Below, one piece after another: positions 17,147-27,781 of a stretch of DNA of 64,000 bases. The translations under genes and the position numbers were made by a program. Source of the stretch: an uncultured Actinomycetota bacterium (GTDB taxonomy: Bacteria; Actinomycetota; Actinomycetes; Mycobacteriales; Micromonosporaceae); NCBI GenBank assembly GCA_963850915.1, contig CAWKND010000005.1:559621-623620 (forward strand). Direction: 5' to 3'. The number at the start of each line of letters is the position of its first letter. Within the stretch, counting starts at the first letter, position 1. Below the pieces are notes generated by a model. The model did not search any database and had not been told where the DNA came from. It was given only the letters and a program-made list of their open reading frames with translations.

Positions 17147-18451
17147 CTACTGGCGTGCCTGTAGGACACTGCGGCGCAGGACGGCGACCAGGCCCAGGGC
17201 CATCCCGACCGCGCCGACGATCATCGCGGTACGCACGTTGAAGACCACCCCGAGCACCCCGCCGAGTACGGCCGCGACCGGTACCGACGCCGAGGTCAGA
17301 AACTTGGATGTACCGATGACCCGGCCCCGTACCTCGTCGGCGGAGCGCAGCTGGAACAGCGTCGTGAAACCCACGCCGAACAGCGACAGCCCGACACCGA
17401 AGCACGCCTCACCCGCGACGATCAACGCCGAGGCGACGGCGGTGGGTCCGCTCGCGACGGCCAGCAGAGTACCGCCCGCCACCATGATGACCTGGCCGGT
17501 CACCAGTAGCGCACCGACGCCGATCCGCGCGGCCAGCCGGTCACTCCAGATGGCGCTGATGAACCCGACGCCACCGGCGACCAGGAACAGCACGCCGATG
17601 AGTGCGGCGCCGAAGTGCAGCGTCTTCACCAGGAAGATGAAGTACACGGCCGCCTGCAGCTGGGCGAAGAAGGCGAGTACCGCGTTGGACAGGGTGACCG
17701 CCACCAGTACCCGGTCGCGGCGCAGCAGCGGGAATCCCGACCTGATGTCCCGCCAGAAACCGGCGATGCGGCTGCGCGTACCGGCCTTCTCCGGTACCGA
17801 TCTGGTGGTGTCGCGGGTACGCAGGCGCAGCAGGCAGTACACGGATACGAGATAGCTGACCGCGTCCGCGAGTACCCCGGTCGCCGGTCCGCCGGCCGCG
17901 ATCAGCAGGGCGGCCAGGCCCGGTCCGGTGACCTCCGCCGCCGATTGGCTGGCACTCAGCTTGCTGTTGCCCTCGGCGAGGTGTCGGCCCTCGATCAGGT
18001 TCGGCAGGAATGCCTGGTAGGCGACGTTGAAGAGCAGGGTGAACCCACCCACGCCGAAGGCGATGACGACCAGGTGCCAGAAGCTGAGTAGGCCGAGCAG
18101 CGCGCCCACCGGGATCCAGGCCAGCAGCACGGCCCGGCCCGCGTCCGCGACGACCATCAACCGCCAGCGGGAACCGCGATCCGCGAGCGGCCCGGCCAGC
18201 GGGCCGACGAGTAGCGGTGGCAGGCGTTCGACCGCGGTGAGCAGACCCATGTGGAACGCGTCCACGTGCAGTACCAGCAGCGCGACCAGGGGCAGCGCGA
18301 CGAAGCTGACGGCGGAGCCGACCAGGGAGACGGACTGCCCGGCCCAGAAGAGGCGGAAGTCGCGATGCCGGTGCAGTACCCTGCGAACGCCTCGACCGGC
18401 CTCGCCCGTCTCGGCACCGCCGGCCTGGTCGGCCAGCACGTCATCGGTCAT
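17147..18451 (-). CDS. MFS transporter (EntS/MFS_3-like)
   Basis: About 12 predicted TM segments, with an N-terminus RDFRLFWAGQSVSLVGS typical of this MFS subgroup. Confidence 0.8.
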   Translation of the reverse strand: MTDDVLADQAGGAETGEAGRGVRRVLHRHRDFRLFWAGQSVSLVGSAVSFVALPLVALLVLHVDAFHMGLLTAVERLPPLLVGPLAGPLADRGSRWRLMVVADAGRAVLLAWIPVGALLGLLSFWHLVVIAFGVGGFTLLFNVAYQAFLPNLIEGRHLAEGNSKLSASQSAAEVTGPGLAALLIAAGGPATGVLADAVSYLVSVYCLLRLRTRDTTRSVPEKAGTRSRIAGFWRDIRSGFPLLRRDRVLVAVTLSNAVLAFFAQLQAAVYFIFLVKTLHFGAALIGVLFLVAGGVGFISAIWSDRLAARIGVGALLVTGQVIMVAGGTLLAVASGPTAVASALIVAGEACFGVGLSLFGVGFTTLFQLRSADEVRGRVIGTSKFLTSASVPVAAVLGGVLGVVFNVRTAMIVGAVGMALGLVAVLRRSVLQARQ

Positions 18452-18536
18452 GCTCGCGGTACATCGTCAGGCGTCACGGTCGCGGACGGTAACGCCCGCT
18501 CGCCGGGTAGGTCTACTGGTTTCCCGCCAGCGGAGG

Positions 18537-19475
18537 TCAGGCCGCGCTGCGGTTCGCGGCTGGGCGTACGGCGAGGACTTCGGTGAGGGTTGCCAGGATT
18601 GCCGCCAGCCGCTCTGTCTCGTCCGCGTCGAAGGGGCGGAACGGCTCGGCCGGGCGTACGTCGGCCAGGTGCAGCAGGGCGAGGGCCGCCTTGGTGGCCG
18701 CGATGCCCGGCCGGATCGAGTGCAGGGTGGCCAGCCGGTTCAACTCCTCCTGCAACCGCGCCGCGCGGGCGGTGTCGCCGGTGACCGTGGCGTCGAAGAG
18801 TGCGCGGCAGGCGCCCGGCGCCAGGTTGGCCAGGCCCGGCGTGATGCCCACCGCACCCGCCTGGAGCCCGGCTACGAGCGCGCTCTCCGCGCCCTGGCTC
18901 ACCCCGAACGACGGCCGGCTCCGGCTGATCGCGGCGAATGCTTGCAGCAGCCCGAAATCGCCGCTGCTGTCCTTGATGCCGGCGCAGTGTGGCAGCTCGG
19001 CCAGGCGGGTGACCAGGTCGACAGAGAGCGGATTGCCGGTGTACCGGGGGATGTTGTACGCCACCCAGGCCGCCCCGAGCGCGTCGATGCGCCGGAAGTG
19101 CTGCAGCAGCTCGACATCGGTGTACCGGTAGTAGTACGGCGCGCTGACCACGAGCGCGTCCGCGCCGCCGGCCAGTGCCTCGCGGGCGCGCTCGACCGCC
19201 ATCCGGGTCGACGGCGCGGTGACGGTCACGAGCACGCTTGCGTTGGCGCCCACCAGTTCCCGCCAACGCTGCGCCGTGCGCGTCAGGTACCCCCGGATGT
19301 CTGCGGTCTCCACCGCGACGCCCTCGCCGTTGCTGCCGAACAGCATCAGGCTCTCGATGCCGCCGGCGGCCAGGTGTGCCAGGAGTCCGTCGGTGGCCTC
19401 TGGATCGGGCGTGCCGTCCGTGGTGAAGCCGGTGACGACCGGGGCGGTGACGGTGGCGAGCAGGTGCGCGGGCAC
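18537..19475 (-). CDS. DapA-family (dihydrodipicolinate synthase/N-acetylneuraminate lyase family) aldolase
   Basis: Motifs GSNGEG, YNIPRYTG and the Schiff-base lysine context AGIKDSSG. GTG 19475 was chosen because GAAGGG lies 8-13 nt upstream. The track start TTG 19496 is the alternative. Confidence 0.8.
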   Translation of the reverse strand: MPAHLLATVTAPVVTGFTTDGTPDPEATDGLLAHLAAGGIESLMLFGSNGEGVAVETADIRGYLTRTAQRWRELVGANASVLVTVTAPSTRMAVERAREALAGGADALVVSAPYYYRYTDVELLQHFRRIDALGAAWVAYNIPRYTGNPLSVDLVTRLAELPHCAGIKDSSGDFGLLQAFAAISRSRPSFGVSQGAESALVAGLQAGAVGITPGLANLAPGACRALFDATVTGDTARAARLQEELNRLATLHSIRPGIAATKAALALLHLADVRPAEPFRPFDADETERLAAILATLTEVLAVRPAANRSAA

Positions 19476-19517
19476 TGGATTTCCCTTCGGTACCAACGAT
19501 TTTCCGGACCAACGAGT

Positions 19518-20280
19518 TCAGGCGAGGTCGAGGACGGCGTCGAGCAGACTCCTGGTGTAGGCGTCCTGCGGGCGCTCGAAGACATCCTCGGTGACGCCCT
19601 CCTCGACCACCCGCCCGTCGTGCATGACCGCGACCCGGTCGGCGATCTGGCGGACCACCCCGAGGTCGTGGGTGATGAACACGATGGCCAGCCCGAGTTC
19701 GTCGCGCAGGTGCAGCAGCAGCGCCAGGATCTGGGTCTGTACCGAGACATCGAGCGCGGAGACCGCCTCGTCGCAGACGAGTACCTGCGGGCGTACCGCG
19801 ATGGCGCGGGCGATGCTGACCCGCTGCGCCTGGCCACCGGACATCTCGCCGGCCCGCCGGTCGAGTACGCCGACCGGCAGCCCGACCAGGTCCAGCAGGT
19901 CGCGCAGGCCGTTCTCCAACGTTCGCCGGCCGGATCGACGGGTGTGTCTGCCAGGCCTCGCCGATGATCTGCCGCACCGTCATCCGCGGGTTCAGCGACG
20001 AGCGCGGATCCTGGAACACCATCTGGATCGCCCGCCGCTGCGCCGGATTGCGCCGCAGCGACAGGGGAGTACCGGCGAGCGCCACGCGGCCACTGTCCGG
20101 CCGGAGCAGCCCGACGATCACCCGGGCGAGCGTGGACTTGCCCGAGCCGGACTCGCCGACCACGGCCACGATCCCGCCACGGTCAACGCTCAGATCGACG
20201 TCGCGGACGGCGGTACGGCTGGTGCGTCCGGTCCGGTAGGTGACGGTGATGCCGGCCGCCGTGAGCAGTGGTTCAGTCAC
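19518..20280 (-). pseudogene. ABC ATPase (DppF-like) with one frame break
   Basis: The N-terminus with Walker A GESGSGKST is in the frame of ORF 18448..20280. The remainder ([24 protein letters not shown]) is in ORF 19518..19919. The switch is within about 19925-19950. Confidence 0.7.
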
Positions 20281-21316
20281 GGGTGACCTCCTCGGCGAAG
20301 TGGCACGCGCTGAGTCGACCCGGGCTGACCGGGTGCGGTGCCGGTGCGGCGCCGACCGGGCGCAGGGCCGGTGATTCGGTGGTACAGACCGGCTGCGCCA
20401 TGGGGCACCGGGGGGCGAAGGCGCAGCCGGCCGGCCGGTGCGCCGGATCCGGGGGTACCCCGATCAGCGGCTGGGGCAGCGCGGTCCGGGCGCGCGGCGA
20501 CGGGATGTTGCGCACCAGCGCCGCGGTGTACGGATGTTTCGGATCGGCCAGCAACTGTGCCGTCGGCCCCGACTCGACGACCTTGCCGGCGTACATGACG
20601 ACGAGGGACGGTGCCACGTGCGAGATGACCCGCAGGTCGTGACTGACCAGCAGCAGCGCCAGGTCCTCCTCGCGCTGCAGCCGGGCCAGCAGTTCCAGGA
20701 TGCGCTTCTGTACCGTCACGTCGAGCGCCGTGGTCGGCTCGTCGCACAGCAGCAGCGCGGGCTTGCCGGCGAGCGCCAGCGCGATCATCGCGCGCTGCCG
20801 TAGGCCGCCGGAGAGCTGGTGCGGGAAGGCCTTCGCGCGCTGCTCCGGTTCGGGTACCTCGACCCGGCGCAGCAGTTCGACCGCGGCCCGCGCGGCGTCG
20901 GTACGGGACAGCCCGTCGCGTACCCGCAGGATCTCGTCGATCTGCCGGCCGACGCGTACCCGTGGGTTCAGCGCGGCCAGCGGATCCTGGAAGATCATCG
21001 CCACCTGCTTGCCACGCGCCGCCCGTTGTACGGCCGGCCGCGCGGCGAGCAGGTCGACGCCGGCCAGCTGCACCGCTCCGGTGGCGTGCAGGCCGGGCGG
21101 CAGCAGACCGAGGACCGCCAGGCTGGTCAGGCTCTTGCCGCTACCGGACTCGCCGACCAACCCGACCGTGCCGCCACGGGGCACGGTGAGGCTGACGTGG
21201 TCGATCACCGGTACGCCCTGGTCGGTCTCCACTACGAGATCCCGGACCACGAGCAGCGCCTCGCCCGTACCGTGCTGGCTCGCCGTCATCGTGTCCACTG
21301 CCGCCCCGGCGCTCAT
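20273..21316 (-). CDS. ABC ATPase (DppD-like) with an oligopeptide-type C-terminal Cys-rich extension
   Basis: Walker A GESGSGKS, signature LSGGLRQR, Walker B LLCDEPTTALD, and C-terminal CAFAPRCP..C. Confidence 0.9.
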   Translation of the reverse strand: MSAGAAVDTMTASQHGTGEALLVVRDLVVETDQGVPVIDHVSLTVPRGGTVGLVGESGSGKSLTSLAVLGLLPPGLHATGAVQLAGVDLLAARPAVQRAARGKQVAMIFQDPLAALNPRVRVGRQIDEILRVRDGLSRTDAARAAVELLRRVEVPEPEQRAKAFPHQLSGGLRQRAMIALALAGKPALLLCDEPTTALDVTVQKRILELLARLQREEDLALLLVSHDLRVISHVAPSLVVMYAGKVVESGPTAQLLADPKHPYTAALVRNIPSPRARTALPQPLIGVPPDPAHRPAGCAFAPRCPMAQPVCTTESPALRPVGAAPAPHPVSPGRLSACHFAEEVTRD

Positions 21317-22827
21317 GCCACGCTCACCACGGACAGGTCGGGCTGGTAGTTGGAGGAGGGGGTGAAGCCCTTGATGTTGGAGCGCCAGACGTAGGAGATC
21401 TGCACGTCCATCGGGTACATGCCGACCGCGTCGGCCCAGATGATCTGCTCCGCCTGGGCGTACAGGGTGGCCCGCTGTGCCGCGTCACCGGTCGCGGCGG
21501 CCCCCGCCAGCAGGGTGTCCAGCTGCGGGTTGCAGTACCCGGTGCGCTTGGCGGCGCAGGTGTACAGCCGGCCCAGTACATAGTCGGCATCGCCCGTGGC
21601 GTCGCCCAGCGACTGCAGGTTGATGTCCCACTTCATGGCGAGCAGGTCGGCCAGGTACACCGACTTCTCCTTGATGGTCGGCTCGACCTTCACCCCGATC
21701 TTCGCGTAGTCGGCGGCGACGGCCTGGGCGAACTGGGTGAACTCGGTGCCGCTGTAGGCCAGCTGGTAGCTCTTGCTGAAGTCGAAGCCGGCCGCGGTGA
21801 GCGCCGCTTTCGCCGCGTCCGCGTTGTAGGCCACCGGGCTCTGCTTGGCGAAGCCGACGATGGTGGACGGGATCGGCGCCTGCGCGGTGCTGCCCGTGGT
21901 CGGGTACAGCGCCTTGATGATGGTGGCGAAGTCGACCGCCTGCCACAGCGCGGTGCGTACCTTCGCGTCGGCGAACGCCGGCCGGCCCGAGTTGAACCAC
22001 ATCGTGTACTGCGCGTCGCTGGAGACGGTCTTGACGGTGAGCCCGTCCTGCCCGGTCAGCTGGGTCATCTGGTCGTCCGGCAGCGACCAGGTGGCCTGGA
22101 TCTCGCCGGTCTTCAGCGCGGTCACCCGCGCCGCGGTCGCCGAGATGTACCGGATGGTCACCTTGGCAAGGTTGGGCTTGGTACCGAAGTAGTTCGGGTT
22201 GGGTACCAGGGTCAGCGACTGCCCGGGAGCGAAGCTGTCCACCTCGAACGGGCCGGTACCGGCCGGCTTGGTGAAGAAGTCGGCGTTCTCCATCTCGGCG
22301 GCCGGCAGGATCGACAGCGTGGACAGCTTGCTCAGCAGCGCGCCCTGCGGAGTGGTCGAGGTGAAGGTCACCTGGTTGTCGCCGGCGGTCACCGTGATGC
22401 CGGCCCACAGGCTGGACAGGGTGCCCTTCAGCTTGACCACGCGGGCCACGCTGGCGACCACGTCGCTGGGGGCGAAGGCGGTGCCGTCGGAGTACTTGAC
22501 GCCGGGGCGCAGGTCGAAGACCCAGCTCTTGCCGTCGCTGCTGGGCGTCCACTTGGTGGCCAGGTTGGCGGTGAAGTCGGTGCCGGTACGGGAGACCAGG
22601 GTGGAGAAGATCTGCTTGGCGGCCAGCTGGGTACCGTTGTCGGCGGCCAGCGAGCCCTGCGGGTCGAGGCCGGTGATCTGGTACGGGCCGGCCACCGTCA
22701 GGTCGCCCGGCTTGCTGCTGGCGCCCGAGCTGGCGGCGGTACCGGAGGCGCAGGCGGCGAGCAGGGTACCCGCCACCGTGACGCCGGCGACGAGCGCGGC
22801 GACTCTGCGAAGTGGTGAGGCGTTCAC
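21313..22827 (-). CDS. ABC transporter substrate-binding lipoprotein, family 5
   Basis: GTG 22827 is preceded by GGAG. Signal plus lipobox reads NASPLRRVAALVAGVTVAGTLLAAC, followed by a family-5 SBP body. The upstream part of track ORF 21313..23283 is discarded. Confidence 0.8.
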   Translation of the reverse strand: MNASPLRRVAALVAGVTVAGTLLAACASGTAASSGASSKPGDLTVAGPYQITGLDPQGSLAADNGTQLAAKQIFSTLVSRTGTDFTANLATKWTPSSDGKSWVFDLRPGVKYSDGTAFAPSDVVASVARVVKLKGTLSSLWAGITVTAGDNQVTFTSTTPQGALLSKLSTLSILPAAEMENADFFTKPAGTGPFEVDSFAPGQSLTLVPNPNYFGTKPNLAKVTIRYISATAARVTALKTGEIQATWSLPDDQMTQLTGQDGLTVKTVSSDAQYTMWFNSGRPAFADAKVRTALWQAVDFATIIKALYPTTGSTAQAPIPSTIVGFAKQSPVAYNADAAKAALTAAGFDFSKSYQLAYSGTEFTQFAQAVAADYAKIGVKVEPTIKEKSVYLADLLAMKWDINLQSLGDATGDADYVLGRLYTCAAKRTGYCNPQLDTLLAGAAATGDAAQRATLYAQAEQIIWADAVGMYPMDVQISYVWRSNIKGFTPSSNYQPDLSVVSVA

Positions 22828-22892
22828 GGAATGCTCCGATTTCTGGTTGGGGTGTGTTTGCGCTTGTATGGGGGTGGGGGTCACGAAAATGG

Positions 22893-23795
22893 CTACTGGG
22901 AACGGAAGCGGCTGCTGGACGGGTCGGTGATCCGGTCGCCGACCACGCCGATGGCGACCACGAGCAGCGCGAGCGCGATGCCCGGGAAGGTGGAGATCCA
23001 CCAGGCGGTGTTGAGGTAGTCCTGGCCGGCGGCGATGGTCTGGCCCCAGGACACGCTGGTCACCGGCAGCCCGACGCCGAGGAAGCTCAGCCCGGCCTCG
23101 CTGACGATGATCAGGGAGAACTCGATGGTGCAGATGGCCACCGCCGGGCCGAGTACGAACGGCAGTACGTGCCGGCCGATCACCCGCCACCACGGCACGC
23201 CGAGTACCCGGGCGGCGGCGACCCAGTCGCGTTCGCGTAGCGAGAGAGTGGCGGCGCGGGCCACCCGGGCGAACGGGATCCACCGGGTGACGGCGAGCGC
23301 GAAGACGACGTTGGTGAGCGTGTGGCCGAACAGTCCGGCGATCACGATGGCCAGCAGGATCGCCGGGAAGGCCAGCTGGATGTCGATGATCCGCATGATG
23401 ATCGTGTCGACGATGCCCCGGGCGTACCCGCTGATCAGGCCGACCAGGATGCCGAACAGGCCGGCGCCGAGGACGGCGGCCAGCCCGACGATCATGGAGG
23501 TACGGGCGCCGGCGATCAGCTGCGCGACCAGGTCCCGGCCCAGACCGTCGGTACCCAGCCAGGCGGTCGAGCCGGTGGTCGTGGTGGAGCCGGGGGAGAG
23601 CAGCCGGTCGCCGAGGTTGGCGCTGACCGGGTTGTAGTGCACCAACATCGGGCCGAAGAGCGCGACGAGAACGTACAGGGCGACGACGGTGAGCGCGATG
23701 TACAGGCCGAGCCGGCCGGTACGGCGACGGGTACGGCGCAGCACCTTGCCGTACCGGGTGAGTACGGCCGCGTCGTCGAGGGTGGCGGTGGACAC
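22893..23795 (-). CDS. ABC transporter permease (DppC-like)
   Basis: Multi-TM protein with text AWLGTDGLGRDLVAQLI typical of DppC. Confidence 0.85.
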   Translation of the reverse strand: MSTATLDDAAVLTRYGKVLRRTRRRTGRLGLYIALTVVALYVLVALFGPMLVHYNPVSANLGDRLLSPGSTTTTGSTAWLGTDGLGRDLVAQLIAGARTSMIVGLAAVLGAGLFGILVGLISGYARGIVDTIIMRIIDIQLAFPAILLAIVIAGLFGHTLTNVVFALAVTRWIPFARVARAATLSLRERDWVAAARVLGVPWWRVIGRHVLPFVLGPAVAICTIEFSLIIVSEAGLSFLGVGLPVTSVSWGQTIAAGQDYLNTAWWISTFPGIALALLVVAIGVVGDRITDPSSSRFRSQ

Positions 23796-23801
23796 GTGCG
23801 A

Positions 23802-24725
23802 TCAGCTCCCGGTCCGGATGCGCGGGTCGAGCCGCAGGTAGACGAGGTCGACACAGAGGTTGAGCAGCACCACGATGGCGGCGATCAACAGGGCGGCGGC
23901 CTGTACGACGTTGTAGTCCCGGTTGTTCACCGCGTTGACCAGCAGCGAGCCGATACCGGGCCAGGAGAAGACGTTCTCCACCACCACATCCCCGCCGATC
24001 AGCGCGCCGATCTGCAGCCCCACCACGGTGACCACGGGTAGCAGCGAGTTGCCCAGTACGTGCCCGAAGAGCACCCGGCGCTCGGGAATCCCCTTGGACC
24101 GGGCGGTCTGCACGTAGGCGTCGGTGGTGGAGGCGGCCACCCCGCTGCGGGTCAGCCGGGCGACGATCGCGGTGAACGGCAGGGCCAGGGTGACGGCGGG
24201 CAGGATGAGGTGCTTCACGTCGCCCGCGCCGGCGCTCGGCAGCACCCGCCAGGTACCGGCGAACAGCAGGATGAACATGATGCCGAGCCAGAAGTTCGGT
24301 ACCGACTGCATGGCCAGGGTGACCGAGGAGATCAGGGTGTCCCGGCGGGTACCCGGTTTCCAGCCGGCGACCGTGCCCAGGGGCAGCCCGATCGCGATGG
24401 CCAGTACGGTGGCCGCCCCGATCAGCTGCAGGCTGCCCGCCGTGTGCCCGAGTACCGCCTGCATCGCCGGCTGTGCCAGGGTGGTGGACTGGCCGAAGTC
24501 GAGGTGGACCGCGCCGGTCAGGTAGTGCAGGTACTGCACCGGCAGGGAGTCGTTGAGCCCCAACGATTCCCGGGCTGCCGCCAGCTGGTCGGGGGTGGCC
24601 GAGGCGCCGACCAGGACGGCGGCCGGGTCACCCGGTGCCACCCGGACGAGCAGGAACATCAGGGTGACCGCGCCCCACAGTACGAGCAGCCCGACAGCCA
24701 GCCGCTGCAACACCAGCCGGCCCAT
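23802..24725 (-). CDS. ABC transporter permease (DppB-like)
   Basis: Begins MGRLVLQRLAVGLLVLWGAVTLMFLLVRVAPGDPA. ATG 24725 overlaps the stop of the upstream gene. Confidence 0.85.
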   Translation of the reverse strand: MGRLVLQRLAVGLLVLWGAVTLMFLLVRVAPGDPAAVLVGASATPDQLAAARESLGLNDSLPVQYLHYLTGAVHLDFGQSTTLAQPAMQAVLGHTAGSLQLIGAATVLAIAIGLPLGTVAGWKPGTRRDTLISSVTLAMQSVPNFWLGIMFILLFAGTWRVLPSAGAGDVKHLILPAVTLALPFTAIVARLTRSGVAASTTDAYVQTARSKGIPERRVLFGHVLGNSLLPVVTVVGLQIGALIGGDVVVENVFSWPGIGSLLVNAVNNRDYNVVQAAALLIAAIVVLLNLCVDLVYLRLDPRIRTGS

Positions 24726-26342
24726 CAGAAGCCCCGTACTTCCGGCCAGCGCAGCTCCACGCCGTCGGCGATCAGCTGTGCCTGGAAGGCGGCGACCGCG
24801 GCCGGGCTGTCGCTCACCGCGTGCGGCGTGGTCGCGTTGGTCAGGCTGTACGCCGCCAGCGCGCCGGCCGCCTCGCCGATGTTCCACTCCACCGGGTGCA
24901 GCCGGTAGCAGCCGTTGGTGATATGTGTGGTGCCGAGGTTCTTGGCGGCCGGCAGCAGGTTGCTGACCCGCTGCGGGAGCAGCGCACGCAGCGGGATCTC
25001 GAACGGGCAGGAGCCGACGTCGATGTAGGTGTCCCCGCCGGTGGAGGGGTGCAGGTCGATGCGGTACATGCCGACGCCGACCGAGTCGGGGTAGCGCACC
25101 GCGCCGGCATCCCCGCGTACCGCCAGCGACAGGTCCTGCTCGACGATCGTGTACCGGGCCTGGATGCGCCGCGATTCCCGGATGTAGGCCCGCTTGGCGA
25201 GCCCGTCGGCGGTACCCATCACGTCACCGCGCGGGCGCAGTCCCGGCCAGCCGGTCCCCCCGTCGGCGCGCGGCGCCTCGGTCTGCAGCCAGTACAGCAT
25301 GCTGAGGCTCAGCTGCCGGGCGCCGTCGAAGTGCCGGGCCACGGTGGCCGGGTCGGGGCCGATGACCGGACCCTCGAAGTAGTCGATCATCGGCCAGTTG
25401 ATCAGGCTGATGTCGGAGTCGGCGAAGCCCTGCGGGTACAGCCGGCGGGAGAAGATGCGGCGGAACGCCCACAGCTCCCGGTCGCCGGGGTCCTTGGACT
25501 GGTCGGCGACGATCGGCGCGTCGGTCACCGGGGCGTCCGGCTGGAACAGCCGGGTGGCGGTGGCGAGGGTACGCGGCTCGGGTGCGGTGAGGCTGAGCAG
25601 CGGAGCGGGCCAGACCGGCGGGTGGTACGACTGCCAGAACGTGTAGTCGGCCGGCTTGTCGATGGTGTGGTCCTCGCCGGCCCGGTACTCCACGGCGAGG
25701 CAGTGCGAGATGGCCTGCATGTTGTCCGGCTGCGCTTGGGCCGGCGCGTGTGGCTCGCCGGTCTGCGTGCGCCGACTCGAAGCCGGTGACGAACTCGGTA
25801 CCGGTCAGCGGCAGCAGGTCGCCGAGTTCGGTGGCGTCCAGTACGTACTCGGCCTCGACGAAGGTACCCTCGCCGTCCGGCCCGCGCAGCGCCACACCGC
25901 GTACCCGGTCGCCGTCCACCACCGCGTCGACCGGGTGGTGCTCCAGTAGCAGGGTGAGCCGGCCGGTCGAGCGGTACGGGGCGAGCATCGACTCCAGTAC
26001 GGCCAGCGCCACCCGGGGTTCGTGGCACAGTGCGGAGACCCGACCCTCACCCGGGTTGAGGTGCCGCTGTTCGCGGGCCCGGTCGGTGAGCGGGTAGTTG
26101 TCCCGGTAGTAGCGCCGGATGCCGTCCCGCAGCCGCCGGTAGCTGGCGGTGGCACCGAACTGCTCGATCCACGGGTGCTCGTCGGGGGGTACGCCCTGGC
26201 TGGTCAGCTGGCCGCCGATCCAGTCGGTCTCCTCGGACAGCACGACCCGGTACCCGCGCCGCAGGACGGCCAGCGCGGCGGCGACGCCACCGAGCCCACC
26301 ACCTACGACGAGGACGTCGGTCCGCAGCGAGTACTCACTCAT
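24725..26342 (-). pseudogene. FAD-dependent oxidoreductase (GIDA/PF12831-like) with one frame break
   Basis: N-terminal dinucleotide fold DVLVVGGGLGGVAAA. After ..TEFVTGFES the sense continues in the frame of ORF 24725..25720 (RRTQTGEPHAPAQAQPDNMQAISHCLAVEY..). The switch is near 25771. Confidence 0.65.
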
Positions 26343-27421
26343 GAAGGGTTACGCTCCGTGTTCTTCGAGGGCCGTTCGCCCTCCGAGAGGTGTGCGGGGC
26401 CGATGCTGGTGCCGTCGCTGAGCCGGCACGGCACGGTCTCGATGTGCGGGGTTTCGGCACGCCCTTCGAGCTGGTCGATGAGCAGCCGGGTGGCGGCGGC
26501 ACCCATCTCCTGCCGGGGTACCTGGAAGCCGGACCAGTCGGTACTGGCCGCGTCGGTGTCGATGGTGTCGCCGAGTACCGCGACGCTGAGGTCGGCCGGG
26601 ATGGCCAGGCCGCGCGCGGCGCACGCGCGCCCGATCTCCTCGGCCAGGGCCAGCTGCTCGACGACGAGCCCGGTGATGCCGTTGCCGACGGCGGTCTCCA
26701 GCAGCCCGTCGGCGTCGGTCGCGGACTGCACCTCCCATACCGGCGCGCCGGACAGCCCGGCGACCGCGACCGCCTCCCGGTAGCCGCGCACCCGGTCCAG
26801 GCCGGGCTGGCCGGCGGCGGCGCCGAGGCGCAGGTAGGCCAGGCGGCGGTGGCCGGCCTCGAGCAGCCGGCCGGTCACCGCGTGGGTGGCCGCGGTGTAG
26901 TCGGCGGCGACGTAGGAGATGCGGTGGCCGGGGATCTCGCGGTGCCCGATGAAGACGAAGGGGTACCCGATGCGGGCCAGCTCGGCGATCTCCTCCAGAT
27001 CGGGGTTCCGGCCGAGCAGCAGTGCACCGTCGGCCAGGTTGAGCCGGGTGGCGCCGTCGGTGAAGATGCGCCGCTGCTCGCCGGAGCTGGTGAACATCAG
27101 CAGGTCGTAGCCCCGCCGTTCGGCCTCTTCCTCCACTCCGACCAGGAACGGGAAGTAGAAGTCGCCGGTGTGCAGCGGGAACACCTTCTCGAAGGTGTGG
27201 ATGCCCAGCAGCTGGTTGCGCCCGCCGGCGAGTACCCGGGCGATCGGGTTCGCCACATAGCCGGAGCGGCGGATCACCGACCGTACCCGCTCCCGGGTGT
27301 CCTCGGTGAGCGCCGCGTCCCGTCCGTTCAGGACAAGCGACACCGTCGCCTGGCTGACGCCTGCCATGCGCGCTATCTCCGCCTGGGTGAGTCGTCGCCC
27401 GGCGCCCTGCGTGCTGGTCAA
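26339..27421 (-). CDS. LacI-family transcriptional regulator
   Basis: HTH text LTQAEIARMAGVSQATVSLVLNG plus a periplasmic-binding-protein-like core. Its stop overlaps the start of the FAD oxidoreductase gene, so it is the first gene of the operon. Confidence 0.9.
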   Translation of the reverse strand: MTSTQGAGRRLTQAEIARMAGVSQATVSLVLNGRDAALTEDTRERVRSVIRRSGYVANPIARVLAGGRNQLLGIHTFEKVFPLHTGDFYFPFLVGVEEEAERRGYDLLMFTSSGEQRRIFTDGATRLNLADGALLLGRNPDLEEIAELARIGYPFVFIGHREIPGHRISYVAADYTAATHAVTGRLLEAGHRRLAYLRLGAAAGQPGLDRVRGYREAVAVAGLSGAPVWEVQSATDADGLLETAVGNGITGLVVEQLALAEEIGRACAARGLAIPADLSVAVLGDTIDTDAASTDWSGFQVPRQEMGAAATRLLIDQLEGRAETPHIETVPCRLSDGTSIGPAHLSEGERPSKNTERNPS

Positions 27422-27547
27422 GGGTGCTCCAAATGCGTATTAGACGGGGGATCCGTCGACCCGGGGTAGGTCGGTCCGGCCATCCTGAGCGCGACCTGCC
27501 ACATCTGTCAAGACCCTGCGCTATCCGGCCTGGCTGAAGCCCTTTAT

Positions 27548-27558
27548 TTATAGGCATT
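27548..27558 (+). repeat. AT-rich direct-repeat motif, copy 1 (TTATAGGCATT)
   Basis: One of three near-identical 11-mers in the lacI-sialidase intergenic region. Confidence 0.6.
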
Positions 27559-27666
27559 TTCTTGCAGCCGCGGTGCTGCTCGGTGACGCGGCGGGCAGCC
27601 CGCGAACCTTCAGTCGGTGCCCGAGGCGCAGTTCCGAGCCGCACAGCGAACCAGACAACAAGCTAG

Positions 27667-27677
27667 TAATAGGCATT
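27667..27677 (+). repeat. AT-rich direct-repeat motif, copy 2 (TAATAGGCATT)
   Basis: Lies 119 nt after copy 1 in the same orientation. Confidence 0.6.
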
Positions 27678-27781
27678 TCGAGTACACATTGCCGGCGTGT
27701 CTGCAGGCAGGGCCGGACTATTGCTTGACAGGGCGGAGGGTGCGAGGCAAAGTCAGCGAACACCGATCAACTCCACCTCAT

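Noticed and set aside
18448-20280. A 610-aa ORF starting with ABC ATPase motifs.
   Set aside because: Only the first 105 aa or so are ATPase-like. After about 19940 the text becomes Arg/Gly/Pro noise that overlaps the real DapA-family gene, and the ATPase continues in ORF 19518-19919. I interpret this as a frameshifted DppF rather than a novel fusion.
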